Assembly (NCBI GenBank): GCA_965263345.1
Contig: CBDHHC010000016.1
Span: forward strand, 212,861 to 276,860
Direction: 5' to 3'
From: Methyloligellaceae bacterium
Lineage (GTDB): Bacteria > Pseudomonadota > Alphaproteobacteria > Rhizobiales > CBDHHC01
Length of the DNA: 64,000 nucleotides
Of this stretch, positions 20,781 through 31,112 are shown one piece after another. Each line of letters starts with the position of its first letter. The stretch's first letter is position 1. Both the position numbers and the translations under genes were made by a program. Below the pieces are notes generated by a model. That model was given only the letters and a program-made list of their open reading frames with translations, had not been told where the DNA came from and did no database searches.

Positions 20781-21512
20781 GTGCATAACCAGTCTGTCAT
20801 AAAATATCTTATCATCACGATAGTGATTTCAATGATCACTGGTTGTGCAGGTTCAAATGCGCTTAAAATATCTCCTTCTAAATCATTTAGCTTCAGTGAT
20901 GACTTTGATGAAGAAGATGACAAACCAAAATCAGACGTATTCTTGGACGAAAATGGTTTGCCATCACATGCTGATTTAATGAAACCAGGACCTTTAGGCG
21001 AAAAATGGTTAGGCAATGAAAAAGCTCCAGTGACCATAATCAAATATGCTTCCCTGACATGCCCTTATTGTCGAGCATTTGAATTGAAAACATTTAAATT
21101 CTTAAAGAAAAGATACATTGATACAGGGAAAGTAAGATATATTCTTCGTGAATTTCCTATAGGACATCAGTCTGGACATGCCACAGTAATTATGAGATGT
21201 ATTGGTCAGAATGATACCAAAAAGTTTTTCAGCCTTTATAACAAGTTCATTACACAGCAAAGAAGATGGGTATCTCAGGAAGTTCGCTTCGACCCAATCT
21301 TTAAAGTTGCCTCACAAGTGGGGATAACTCGTAAGAAATTTGACTCCTGCCTCAAGAATCAAAAGATTATGGATGGCTTAACATGGGTTAAACAAAGGGG
21401 GCGAAATTTAGGGGTATCAGGAACACCAACATTCTTTATAAATGGTAAAAAACATCGATCAGTTCTAACAATACAAGAAATACAACAATTGATTGATCCA
21501 CATTTAAGTTAA
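20781..21512 (+). CDS. DsbA-family thiol:disulfide oxidoreductase lipoprotein (CPYC), paralog of upstream gene
   Basis: Lipobox ITGCAG, CPYC active site. Same architecture as 20031-20729. Confidence 0.75.
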   Translation: MHNQSVIKYLIITIVISMITGCAGSNALKISPSKSFSFSDDFDEEDDKPKSDVFLDENGLPSHADLMKPGPLGEKWLGNEKAPVTIIKYASLTCPYCRAFELKTFKFLKKRYIDTGKVRYILREFPIGHQSGHATVIMRCIGQNDTKKFFSLYNKFITQQRRWVSQEVRFDPIFKVASQVGITRKKFDSCLKNQKIMDGLTWVKQRGRNLGVSGTPTFFINGKKHRSVLTIQEIQQLIDPHLS

Positions 21513-21746
21513 AGAAAACTGCATTAAGAGGTCATTTAAGACCGCAGTTTGCTCCAAAAACACATAAAAAATGTGGAATATATAGAAAAACACCATATTC
21601 CGTTTCCGATATCAACCTTGTCGCATTATCTTATGAGGTTTATGGCTATTCCCAGGTTTTTTGACGAAAGAAGCAAAAGGCCAAACGATTTGGAAATAAC
21701 TGTAACAATATGCGAAGCCTAAAGATCCCGATCAAGGAGTAATGAC

Positions 21747-24700
21747 GTGCATATAACCGGCCTGAGGTTGCTAGGCTTTAAATCATTTGTTGATCCAACT
21801 GAACTCGTTATTGCCGAAGGGCTAACAGGTGTCGTTGGCCCGAATGGATGTGGAAAGTCTAACTTGCTTGAGGCATTACGTTGGGTAATGGGGGAAACGT
21901 CTTACAAAACAATGCGTGCCTCTGCCATGGATGACGTGATTTTTTCAGGCACTCAACATCGCCCAGCGCGAAACAGTGCTGAAGTTACTCTATTTCTGGA
22001 TAATTCAAAACGCACAGCTCCTCCTGGCTTTAACGATTCTGATGTCTTGGAAATCACCCGGCGTATCGAACGTGAAGCAGGGTCAGCTTACAAAATTAAT
22101 GGCAATGACGTAAGAGCCCGCGATGTACAATTGCTTTTCGCGGATGCCTCAACAGGTGCAAGATCTCCAGCTCTTGTTCAACAAGGTCAGATTGGGCAAA
22201 TTGTAAATTCCAAGCCACAGGCAAGGCGGCGAATTCTGGAAGAAGCAGCTGGCATAACAGGCTTACACAGCCGGCGTCATGAAGCAGAACTCAGATTAAA
22301 AGCTGCAGAATCAAATCTCGCACGCTTACAGGATGTGATGGGCCAGCTTGGCTCCAGATTAAATAGCTTAAAACGCCAAGCCCGCCAGGCCCAGAGATAC
22401 AAAGAGCTTTCAACCCAAATTCAACAATCAGAAGCCATCGCGTTTCATTTAAATTGGGTTGCAGCAGGCGAAAATGTCAATAAAGAAGAACACACACTTC
22501 AAGAAATTCTCAAAGAAGTCGGCTTACAAACACAAGCAGAGTCATCTGCTTTAAGAGCCCAAACAGAAACATCTGATGAATTACAACCTTTAAGAGACGA
22601 AGAAGCAACCAAGGCAGCTATTCTTCACCGCTTAAAGATGGAGCAGGAAAATCTTGATCAAGAAGAAGCCAGGTCTAACAAAAGAAAAGCTGAACTGGAA
22701 AAGCAGGTAGAAGAATTTGATCAAGATGTAAGCAGAGAAAACAACCTGATCACCGAAGGTCAAGAAACCATCACAAGATTAGACCAGGAAGAAACACAAC
22801 TTTCACAAGATATACAAGCAAGGTTTGACGCAGAATCTGGAGCAAGAGACATTCTAGAAAATGCTCAATCCGAATTAACAGATATTGAAGAAGAGCTCTC
22901 AAATCTCACAAGTCAAACAGCTGAACAAAGAGCAAATCATAAGCAACTAGAACAAACAATCTTAGAACAAGACAGGCAATTAACTCGCCTTGTTGATCAG
23001 CAAAATAATGTTGTACAACAATATGAATCTCTTGGCGAAGCGCACTCAGAGCAAGAAAAGATTGCCGAACTTGCAACATCAGTTTCCCAACTTGCTGAAC
23101 ATGTCAGTGGGCTTGAGGAGCAAGTCCTTATATCTGAAGAAACATATTCTGAAGCCCTTGAGAAAGAGAAAGAAAAAGCTGAATTAGCAAATGCGGCAAA
23201 AATAAAATCAAGGCAGCTTGAAACAGAAATCAAAACTTTAGAAAAACTGCTAATCTCAACACCCTCAGGTGAATGGCCGCCAATTCTCGACCAAATCCAG
23301 GTCGAAACAGGTTATGAAAGAGCATTAGGAACAGCTCTTGGAGATGATCTTGAGGCCCCAGCCGATGATACAGCGCCCGTACATTGGCGTACAGTATCTG
23401 GACCGCATGATGCCCCCCTACCAGGAGGTGTGCAACCGCTTTCGGATTTTGTAAAAGCCCCTGATGAGCTTAAAAGACGTCTATCTCAAGTAGGTGTTGT
23501 CGAAGCTTCAATAGGCAAAAAACTCCAAGACCACTTATCAGCAGGTCAACGCCTTGTAAGTCTGCAAGGCGATTTATGGCGATGGGATGGATATAGCTCT
23601 GCTGCAGAAGCACCAACGACAGCAGCCAAACGACTAGAAGAGCGAAATCGCCTAGAAACACTAGAAACACAATTCACGTCTGTACAACAGGATTTTGAAA
23701 AACAAAATCATGAGCACAAAGAGATAGCAGAATTCGTTCGCAATGCGCAAACAGACGAAAAAAATGCCCGTAACTTATGGAGAACAGCACAATCGGAATT
23801 AGAGCGTGCTCGCCAAACCCTCACCAAAGCAGAACGTGACAATCAGGAAAATGATAAAAAACTAGCAGCATTAGCCGAAACCAGAAGCCATGTCGAAAAT
23901 TCCATTAAAGACGCAGAAAATCGGAAACATGAAGCTGAACAGAAATTAAACTCTTTAGAACCAATTGCGGGACTGGAGAGCAAACTTCAGAATTTACAAA
24001 ATATTGTTACGGAAAAACGATCCGCATACACAGATGCTCAGGCAACAGTTAAAGGCATTGAGCGTGAAGCTCGCTTACGTCAAGACCGTTTAAATACAAT
24101 CAAACAAGAACGTGAGCGTTGGACCAAACGTATATCAAGCGCTGAAGTACAACTCGTCTCTTTAAATGAACGGGCAACAAAAAATAAAGAAGAACTCGAA
24201 GCCCTCAAAGAGTTACCTGAACAAATCGCTGAGCAAAGAGAAAAATTATTAAATGAAATTAGCCGCTCAGAAGAGGCGCGTAAAGAAGCAGCAGACCGAT
24301 TGGCTGAGGCAGAAAACCTGTTAAACAACACCAACAACTCTTTGCGCGATATTCAGATAAAACTAACAAAAGCAAAAGAAGAAAGAGCACGAACAGAAGC
24401 ACGTCTGGAAGCAGCCAGAGAACGTCGGACCGAACAAGCCAGACTCATTCGAGACTCTCTAAGTTGTGCCCCTGAGGACTGTTTACAACTGGCAGGCCTA
24501 GAAGAAGATGCTGAATTACCAGAAATTCGTGATGTAGAGTCAAGATTAACAAAACTTAAAATGGATCGAGAAAGACTAGGCGGCGTTAACCTTCGCGCTG
24601 AAGAAGAAGCAGCTGAGCTGTCAGAACAATTTGGTGGGATGGAAAAGGAACGAGAAGACCTTGAACAGGCGATTTCTCGCTTAAGACAGGGCATTTCTTC

Positions 24701-25202
24701 ACTCAACAAAGAGGGAAGAAAACGTCTTCTAGAGGCTTTTGAAGAAGTAAATAACCACTTCAAACGTCTGTTCACCACCCTTTTCGGAGGAGGAGAAGCT
24801 GAACTTAAATTTATTGAGTCTGATGATCCACTCGAAGCTGGCTTGGAAATTATTGCTAAACCACCAGGAAAGAAACCACAAGTTCTAACATTGTTATCAG
24901 GTGGTGAAAAAGCCTTAACGGCAATGTCGTTGATATTCGCCGTATTTTTAACGAACCCTTCGCCAATTTGTGTTCTTGATGAGGTAGACGCCCCGTTGGA
25001 TGACTCAAACGTCAATCGATTCTGTACCTTACTTGAAGATATGGTACAAAATACTGATACGCGCTTCTTAACGATCACCCACCACCCCATGACCATGGCC
25101 CGCATGAACCGCTTATTCGGTGTAACGATGTCTGAACGAGGAGTTTCTCAACTAGTTTCTGTGGATTTAGCAACAGCTGCAAGCTTGAGAGAGGCAAGCT
25201 AA
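21747..25202 (+). CDS. smc: Chromosome partition protein SMC
   Basis: 1151 aa. GTG start with AAGGAG SD. N-terminal Walker A GPNGCGKSN, long coiled coils, hinge, C-terminal LSGGEKALTA signature and Walker B. Confidence 0.9.
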   Translation: MHITGLRLLGFKSFVDPTELVIAEGLTGVVGPNGCGKSNLLEALRWVMGETSYKTMRASAMDDVIFSGTQHRPARNSAEVTLFLDNSKRTAPPGFNDSDVLEITRRIEREAGSAYKINGNDVRARDVQLLFADASTGARSPALVQQGQIGQIVNSKPQARRRILEEAAGITGLHSRRHEAELRLKAAESNLARLQDVMGQLGSRLNSLKRQARQAQRYKELSTQIQQSEAIAFHLNWVAAGENVNKEEHTLQEILKEVGLQTQAESSALRAQTETSDELQPLRDEEATKAAILHRLKMEQENLDQEEARSNKRKAELEKQVEEFDQDVSRENNLITEGQETITRLDQEETQLSQDIQARFDAESGARDILENAQSELTDIEEELSNLTSQTAEQRANHKQLEQTILEQDRQLTRLVDQQNNVVQQYESLGEAHSEQEKIAELATSVSQLAEHVSGLEEQVLISEETYSEALEKEKEKAELANAAKIKSRQLETEIKTLEKLLISTPSGEWPPILDQIQVETGYERALGTALGDDLEAPADDTAPVHWRTVSGPHDAPLPGGVQPLSDFVKAPDELKRRLSQVGVVEASIGKKLQDHLSAGQRLVSLQGDLWRWDGYSSAAEAPTTAAKRLEERNRLETLETQFTSVQQDFEKQNHEHKEIAEFVRNAQTDEKNARNLWRTAQSELERARQTLTKAERDNQENDKKLAALAETRSHVENSIKDAENRKHEAEQKLNSLEPIAGLESKLQNLQNIVTEKRSAYTDAQATVKGIEREARLRQDRLNTIKQERERWTKRISSAEVQLVSLNERATKNKEELEALKELPEQIAEQREKLLNEISRSEEARKEAADRLAEAENLLNNTNNSLRDIQIKLTKAKEERARTEARLEAARERRTEQARLIRDSLSCAPEDCLQLAGLEEDAELPEIRDVESRLTKLKMDRERLGGVNLRAEEEAAELSEQFGGMEKEREDLEQAISRLRQGISSLNKEGRKRLLEAFEEVNNHFKRLFTTLFGGGEAELKFIESDDPLEAGLEIIAKPPGKKPQVLTLLSGGEKALTAMSLIFAVFLTNPSPICVLDEVDAPLDDSNVNRFCTLLEDMVQNTDTRFLTITHHPMTMARMNRLFGVTMSERGVSQLVSVDLATAASLREAS

Positions 25203-25450
25203 CAGCGTTTAAAACATATATTATGACTAAAACCTCTGATTATGTGACAATTAAGCGTCAGAAAATAATGAAACAATTTTTCTAAAGCTATGGCTGATTG
25301 CCGCATCTCATTGAATTTTAAAATTTATTATAAAAAACAAGCACATAACTCCACATCCACTGTCTTGACAGCTCTCTATCTCCGATCTAAGGTGCGCTAG
25401 CTCTGTAAGCAATAACTTATGTTGTAAAAACAGATGCATAGGCATCAATA

Positions 25451-25828
25451 ATGACAAATTCAACTGGCGAGAATAACTCTCAGGATAAACAATCAAACTC
25501 AGATAACCGTTCAAATTTTGAGAAACGCTTATCAGATTTGAATGAAAAATTATCTGAGGCTAAAAGCAAAAATGAGCCAGACGTCACGCTTGATAATAAA
25601 AATGCCTATTCATATGCGTTTAGAATCGCTTCTGAGTTAATCGCAGGCCCTGTCGTTGGGGCTTTTATTGGATATTGGTTAGATAGATTGTTTGGAACAC
25701 AACCAATCTTTCTAATTGTTTTGTTATTTTTGGGATTTGCGGCTGGAATGGTGAATATTTTCCGTACCGCACAAGAAATGCAAAGAAAAAATTTAGAACA
25801 TAGTAATAGAGATAATGATATCTCTTAA
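25451..25828 (+). CDS. atpI: ATP synthase protein I (AtpI/AtpZ-like)
   Basis: Small 2-TM protein directly upstream of atpB. Confidence 0.6.
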   Translation: MTNSTGENNSQDKQSNSDNRSNFEKRLSDLNEKLSEAKSKNEPDVTLDNKNAYSYAFRIASELIAGPVVGAFIGYWLDRLFGTQPIFLIVLLFLGFAAGMVNIFRTAQEMQRKNLEHSNRDNDIS

Positions 25829-25869
25829 ATCTAATGTTGTGATTTGGAAGGTACGAAGGGGGAATTTAG

Positions 25870-26613
25870 GTGGCAGGACCTACAGACCAGTTTAAAGTGA
25901 AACCACTCGTTGATATTAATTTCAACGGTATTGATGCGTCTTTCACAAATTCTTCAGCCTTTATGGTCATCGCTTGCGTCGTAATTGGCGGCTTTTTAAT
26001 GTTAAGCATGAGAGGACGCTCTCTCATTCCAAATCGAATGCAATCGATCGCTGAGATAAGTTATCAATTTGTGGCCAACATGGTGAGGGAAAATATTGGC
26101 AATGCCGGTATGAAATTCTTCCCATTCGTTTTCACATTATTCTCATTCATTCTTGTCTGTAACATGCTTGGAATGATCCCATTCGCCTTCACAGTAACAA
26201 GCCATATCATAGTAACATTTGCGCTGGCACTTTTGGTTATGCTAGTCGTAATACTTTATGGTATCTGGAAAAACGGCATTGGCTTCTTCAAGCTATTCGT
26301 ACCAGACGTACCAATCTGGTTATTACCAATTTTGGTACCTATTGAAATTATCTCATTCTTATCCCGCCCAGTAAGTTTATCAGTTCGTTTGTTCGCAAAT
26401 ATGTTAGCAGGACATATAACACTGAAAATTTTCGCAGGATTTATCGTAAGCATGGGGTCACTAGGATTTCTAGGAGTAATAGGAGCAGTCCTCCCTTTAC
26501 TTATGACCTTAGCTTTAACAGCACTTGAAATTCTTGTTGCATTCTTACAAGCATTTGTATTTGCAACACTAACATGTTTGTATCTGCATGATGCAGAACA
26601 TCCAGGTCATTAA
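25870..26613 (+). CDS. atpB: F0F1 ATP synthase subunit a
   Basis: 247 aa, 5-6 TM, conserved R in [13 protein letters not shown]. Confidence 0.9.
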   Translation: MAGPTDQFKVKPLVDINFNGIDASFTNSSAFMVIACVVIGGFLMLSMRGRSLIPNRMQSIAEISYQFVANMVRENIGNAGMKFFPFVFTLFSFILVCNMLGMIPFAFTVTSHIIVTFALALLVMLVVILYGIWKNGIGFFKLFVPDVPIWLLPILVPIEIISFLSRPVSLSVRLFANMLAGHITLKIFAGFIVSMGSLGFLGVIGAVLPLLMTLALTALEILVAFLQAFVFATLTCLYLHDAEHPGH

Positions 26614-26683
26614 TCATTGGCTAATTTTTTATATCTGAAACTATTCGGAACAGTTTAAGAATTAAATCTAAAGGAGCTTTAAA

Positions 26684-26911
26684 ATGGATCCAATCGCAGC
26701 AAAATACATTGGTGCAGGAATCGCTTGTCTAGGTATGGGTTTAGCAGCACTAGGTCTAGGAAACATCTTCGGTAACTTCCTACAAGGTGCACTTCGCAAC
26801 CCATCTGCAGCACCTGGTCAGTTTACAAACCTACTACTAGGTTTCGCATTGACAGAGGCCCTAGGCATCTTCGCATTCCTAATCGCAATCATGCTACTAT
26901 TCGTTGTATAA
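26684..26911 (+). CDS. atpE: F0F1 ATP synthase subunit c
   Basis: 75-aa hairpin proteolipid with conserved acidic residue in ...[13 protein letters not shown]. Confidence 0.9.
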   Translation: MDPIAAKYIGAGIACLGMGLAALGLGNIFGNFLQGALRNPSAAPGQFTNLLLGFALTEALGIFAFLIAIMLLFVV

Positions 26912-26991
26912 TTTAACGAACGAATTGAAATTTTCAGGACCGCAAAGCTGGCTATCATTAGCCAGCCAATAGGTGCAGAAATTAGGAATAT

Positions 26992-27543
26992 GTGATGGCA
27001 GCTGGAAATAAAACATCTCACGGCGCTCATTCTGAAGTGCCACATAAGCCAAACTTCCCACCGTTTGACCAGACAACATTCAGTTCTCAGCTTGTTTGGT
27101 TGGCCATCTGTTTTGTGGCGTTATATCTGTTTTTATCACGAATTGCTTTGCCAAGAGTATCGACTCTGATTGAGCAAAGAAGTGATCGTATTTCAAGAGA
27201 TCTTGATGAAGCAACAAGATTGAAAGACGAAACAGAAAAAGCAATTGCCACATATGAGCAAGCTCTCGCAGAAGCGCGTTCCAAAGCACACAGCATCGCT
27301 CAAGAGACAAGAGACACTCTGCAATCTGAAGTGAACAAGGAAAAAGCGGAAGTTGAACAACAAATTGCTCAAAAACTTGAAGAAGCAGAATCACGCATAA
27401 CTGCCTCAAAACAGGCCGCTTTAGCAAAAGTGAACGACATTGCCTCCGAAACAACATCAGCTTTGGTTGATAAGCTTGTCTCGATGAATGTCAGTGCGGA
27501 TGATATTAACGAAGCCGTAAACGCTTCTATCAAATCAAGTTAA
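26992..27543 (+). CDS. atpF2: F0F1 ATP synthase subunit b'
   Basis: Single TM then long charged coiled coil. First of two b-type subunits as in alphaproteobacteria. Exact start uncertain. Confidence 0.75.
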   Translation: MMAAGNKTSHGAHSEVPHKPNFPPFDQTTFSSQLVWLAICFVALYLFLSRIALPRVSTLIEQRSDRISRDLDEATRLKDETEKAIATYEQALAEARSKAHSIAQETRDTLQSEVNKEKAEVEQQIAQKLEEAESRITASKQAALAKVNDIASETTSALVDKLVSMNVSADDINEAVNASIKSS

Positions 27544-27562
27544 GTACTAGAGGAACGAAACA

Positions 27563-28048
27563 ATGTTTTCAGATCCAACAGTTTGGGTTGCTATAAGTAC
27601 AACAATCTTTGTGTTAATTTTAGTCTATATGGGCGTTCCAAAATTAATCACAAAGTCTCTGGACCAGCGTGCCGAAGATATTCGTAAAGAACTTGAAGAC
27701 GCACGCCAGTTACGTGAAGAAGCACAGACAATCCTAGCAGATTATCAGCGCAAACAACGCGAAGCTGAACAAACAGCCCAAGATATTATCACCCAGGCCC
27801 AAAGGGAAGCCGAAGCTTTTGCTGAAGAAACCCGCCAGGCCCTAAAAGATAATCTTGAAAGACGCACAAAACTAGCGGAAGAAAAAATCGCAAGAGCTGA
27901 AGAACAAGCTGCGGCGGAAGTTCGCTCCGCAGCTGTAGATGTGGCGGTTGAGGCCACAAAGAAACTGATTTCCAAGAATCTATCCGGTGACAGTGCAAAT
28001 CAATTGCTCAATAAGTCAATTCAAGATATAAACGCTAAACTTAATTAA
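27563..28048 (+). CDS. atpF: F0F1 ATP synthase subunit b
   Basis: 161 aa, N-terminal TM then E/A/R-rich helix. Confidence 0.8.
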   Translation: MFSDPTVWVAISTTIFVLILVYMGVPKLITKSLDQRAEDIRKELEDARQLREEAQTILADYQRKQREAEQTAQDIITQAQREAEAFAEETRQALKDNLERRTKLAEEKIARAEEQAAAEVRSAAVDVAVEATKKLISKNLSGDSANQLLNKSIQDINAKLN

Positions 28049-28059
28049 ATAACAATAAA

Positions 28060-28147
28060 ACGGCCCTCTGCGGAGGGCTAATAATTGGACGCACGTCCTC
28101 GGGAGGGATAGGCGACTGGTACCGGGCTTCAGCTCGGTATTTTTTTG
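28060..28147 (+). terminator. Terminator region after atp F0 operon (GC hairpins + T7 run)
   Basis: gccctcTGCGgagggc hairpin at 28063-28078; second imperfect hairpin accgggcttcagctcggt followed by ttttttt at 28141-28147. Confidence 0.5.
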
Positions 28148-28866
28148 TCATGTTTTGAACTTATCAGACTATCCACGACAACCTTTTCCCCCTGACAAAC
28201 CTCAATTTATTCACTATAATCCAGCTAATATTTTACAAGTATAATTTTCATTTCCTAATACCATGCCGATACCAAATTTGCCAAAGAACGCATCTCTGGT
28301 CTGGGCATTTTTAACTATGAAACGTATTATTCCCGTCCTATAGCGCCCACCAGAAGATTTAGAACCAGTAAAATCTATGCAAAACCACTGTATCGATTTT
28401 ACCAAAAACCGCCCCTTGATAGATGAGATCAAGACACTCTCCAAAGTCTTGGAAGACAATTTCAACTGACACCGCGAAGGCACAACTGGATATTTACATA
28501 GGCTCTGAAGTGGGACTTGAGAGACGCAATGACCGCCCATTTGCTGGCTGGCTCTTGGCTATTAGCGACGCTAAAAATGGATGACCGAGAAGCCAGAAAT
28601 AGCAGACGTAAGAAGGTAGGGCAATGCACCGTTGGATGGTTATTATTGAGGGGTTACGCTTGCGCTAACGCACACTACACCTAAAAATTAACCCATCACT
28701 AACCATAAAAAAAATCAACCCACTGAATTCATTGAGATAAAAAACATAAAAAAGTTATGCACGCCCTCTGAACCAGCATTATATTATAGCTGTTCGCAAA
28801 TTTTTTTAAGACGAGGCGCGATGAGTGCAGTGTAGAAGAGCTACATAAGCAAAGAGCTGGGAACAG

Positions 28867-29490
28867 TTAAACCACAGCATTCGTCTGCTGGTTCTCTTCA
28901 CGCCGCTTGCGATATTGCACAATAAACCTCATCGACAGCCAATAAGACAACCAGGCGCCACCAACGGCCCAGATCGCAGATCCAATTGAGAAAGGTATAC
29001 CGATTTCAGAAATAAACACATTCACCCAGGCGACCAGCCTGTCCCAGATGCCGGCATCTGCATTTTGGGTACTGTTTTCAAAAATAGAAACAAACACCCC
29101 ATAACCACCGGCATTGCCAATATCACCCATAACAAGAAGCCCAGTGAGATAAAACGCATAAAAGAACGGCAAAAGCGTAAAAATATTTGTAATCCACGTC
29201 CAGGCAAGGCCTGGAATCAAAGCAAAATCCCATCGCATGAGTTTACTGAAAAATAACCATGTTACGAAAACAAGAAACATCTGTGCGCCAAAAAAAGGCG
29301 TCATCGCCCAAAACATACCCACAGCAACACCACGAGACGCATGCTGAGGCGGCTGTTTGCTCCGTTTCAGAGGAATAAAAAGCTTGTAGCGAATAAGTCT
29401 TTCACAAGACTGATACCAATTATAATTTTCATTATTCGGCATGTAGAGGCTCAGGGCTCCAAAATAGTATCTCAATTCATTGAGATACAA
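28867..29490 (-). CDS. DUF2062-family membrane protein
   Basis: RGVAVGMFWAMTPFFGAQMFL... then 3-4 TM segments, as in DUF2062. Confidence 0.5.
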   Translation of the reverse strand: MYLNELRYYFGALSLYMPNNENYNWYQSCERLIRYKLFIPLKRSKQPPQHASRGVAVGMFWAMTPFFGAQMFLVFVTWLFFSKLMRWDFALIPGLAWTWITNIFTLLPFFYAFYLTGLLVMGDIGNAGGYGVFVSIFENSTQNADAGIWDRLVAWVNVFISEIGIPFSIGSAIWAVGGAWLSYWLSMRFIVQYRKRREENQQTNAVV

Positions 29491-29812
29491 ACTAAATAGA
29501 TCGGTTATATGACAAGAAAGACTTCCAATCTATAATTTCAAGACATGAAACAAATAAAACTGAACAATCGGAACTTATATAATACAAAAATGTGTTCAAA
29601 GAGATACACCAGCAATATGGCATATTTCAAGTATGATCTTTCAATATTATGTCAAATAAAACCTATTTAAAAAATATATTTTAATAAAAAAACACAAAAA
29701 TAATATTTGATTCTTGTATAAACATCAAAATTGGACCGTTTTTCAAGATTATGAGAAATCAAATAGACAATATAGAAATATAAGCAGATCTGAACAAGGA
29801 TATGACCAAAAC

Positions 29813-30664
29813 ATGAAAATAAAATATAGGACGATTATATTTTTCAATATCTTAATTTTGCTAAACATCACCACTTTCGCACATGCGAAAGATGTAAAAG
29901 TGTCTGCTGTCTATAAAGTGGAGTTTTCAGGCTTCGATTTGGGCAAATACAAATTTAACTCCCAAATCAAGGATAACAAATACAGCCTAAACAGCCACAC
30001 CAAACTGTCCATCTTAAAAGGCACTGTCATGAAATGGAAAATGAACATGCAGGCCAGTGGAACATTATCTGATAAGGGACCGATCCCAGAAAAATTTTCC
30101 TACAAATTCAAAGGCAAAAAGAAGAAAAGAAACCGACAATTGGTCTTAGAATTTATTAATGGTGCAGAAAGAAAAGTAAAAGTCACTCCACCACCCAAAA
30201 AATCAAAAAAACGAATTCCAATTGAACCAAAACACCTACAAAATGTTTTCGATCCCATGAGCGGTCTAATGGTATTGACCAACACAAAAGAGAAAGAACT
30301 CAACCGCAATGTCTGTAATCAAACCATCCAGCTTTTTGATGGTAAAGACCGCTATGATATTGGACTGAAATATAAAAAAGTTGCTTTATTTAAACCTTAT
30401 AAAACAAGCAATAAAAAAAGAAAATCATTCGTCTGTGAAATAAGTTATAAACCAATTGCCGGACATAAGAAAAAAGACAAAACAAAAGACTACATGTCAA
30501 AAGTAAAAGGGATGGAAGTATGGTTCGCCCCCTTCAAACAAGCCCATATCTATGTGCCTTATAAAATAGTTGTCCCAACTCCATTTGGCACCAATACCAC
30601 AATAACAGCAAAACATTTTCAAATAGAAAAAAATGGCCAAGCACCAATAGCTTTCATCAAATAA
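29813..30664 (+). CDS. Secreted Lys-rich protein, DUF3108-like
   Basis: Start trimmed to ATG 29813 (signal peptide ...AHA). VYKVEFSGFDLGKYKF... resembles DUF3108 N-terminus. Confidence 0.4.
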   Translation: MKIKYRTIIFFNILILLNITTFAHAKDVKVSAVYKVEFSGFDLGKYKFNSQIKDNKYSLNSHTKLSILKGTVMKWKMNMQASGTLSDKGPIPEKFSYKFKGKKKKRNRQLVLEFINGAERKVKVTPPPKKSKKRIPIEPKHLQNVFDPMSGLMVLTNTKEKELNRNVCNQTIQLFDGKDRYDIGLKYKKVALFKPYKTSNKKRKSFVCEISYKPIAGHKKKDKTKDYMSKVKGMEVWFAPFKQAHIYVPYKIVVPTPFGTNTTITAKHFQIEKNGQAPIAFIK

Positions 30665-30831
30665 AGGATTATGAAAACACGAACCAGAGTGTTTCCATAA
30701 CCAAAAGCCGCAGGTTAAAAAACGGTTAATTAATGACAAAAAACCATCTATTCCCCCAGACCCTACTCTAGTTCAGAAAAACGACTCACTCTATAGTTTC
30801 AATATAGTACAGAGATCTGCGGGGGAATAAG

Positions 30832-31032
30832 ATGAACTTAGAAGAAAATATAGAGACAATCAAAAAAATCAGAACACTTGCAAGCATCAATTGCACGCAG
30901 GAAGAAGCAGCAAGCGCATTACAAGTTGCACCAATCACGTTAAGCCATTTCATAAACGCAAACCAAAAAGCAAAAGAAGCGTGGGAAGGCGGCAAAAAAG
31001 ATCGCGAACTTATGGTTCAACAATACTCATAA
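30832..31032 (+). CDS. Small (66 aa) putative HTH protein
   Basis: GGGGGAATAAGATG SD. TQEEAASALQVAPITLSHFI fits helix-turn-helix periodicity. Short, unverified. Confidence 0.3.
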   Translation: MNLEENIETIKKIRTLASINCTQEEAASALQVAPITLSHFINANQKAKEAWEGGKKDRELMVQQYS

Positions 31033-31112
31033 ACGAGCAGTAAATTTTATTGCTTTTAAAGAAGAACGTTCCAGGCTTAAGCTCCACTCATCCTGGATCG
31101 TTCGTTTTGACT

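Noticed and set aside
24353-25105. 250-aa minus-strand ORF rich in Ser/Arg
   Set aside because: Antisense to the C-terminal coiled coil/ATPase region of smc. Compositional artefact of a GAA/GCA-rich sense strand.
25355-25390. TTGACA ... TAAGGT sigma70-like promoter upstream of atpI
   Set aside because: Plausible, but the -10 is weak and the spacing unverified by any data. Not listed as a feature.
28214-28540. 108-aa minus ORF in the post-atp noncoding region
   Set aside because: No SD, odd composition. The region more likely holds a degraded gene or ncRNA (see finding).
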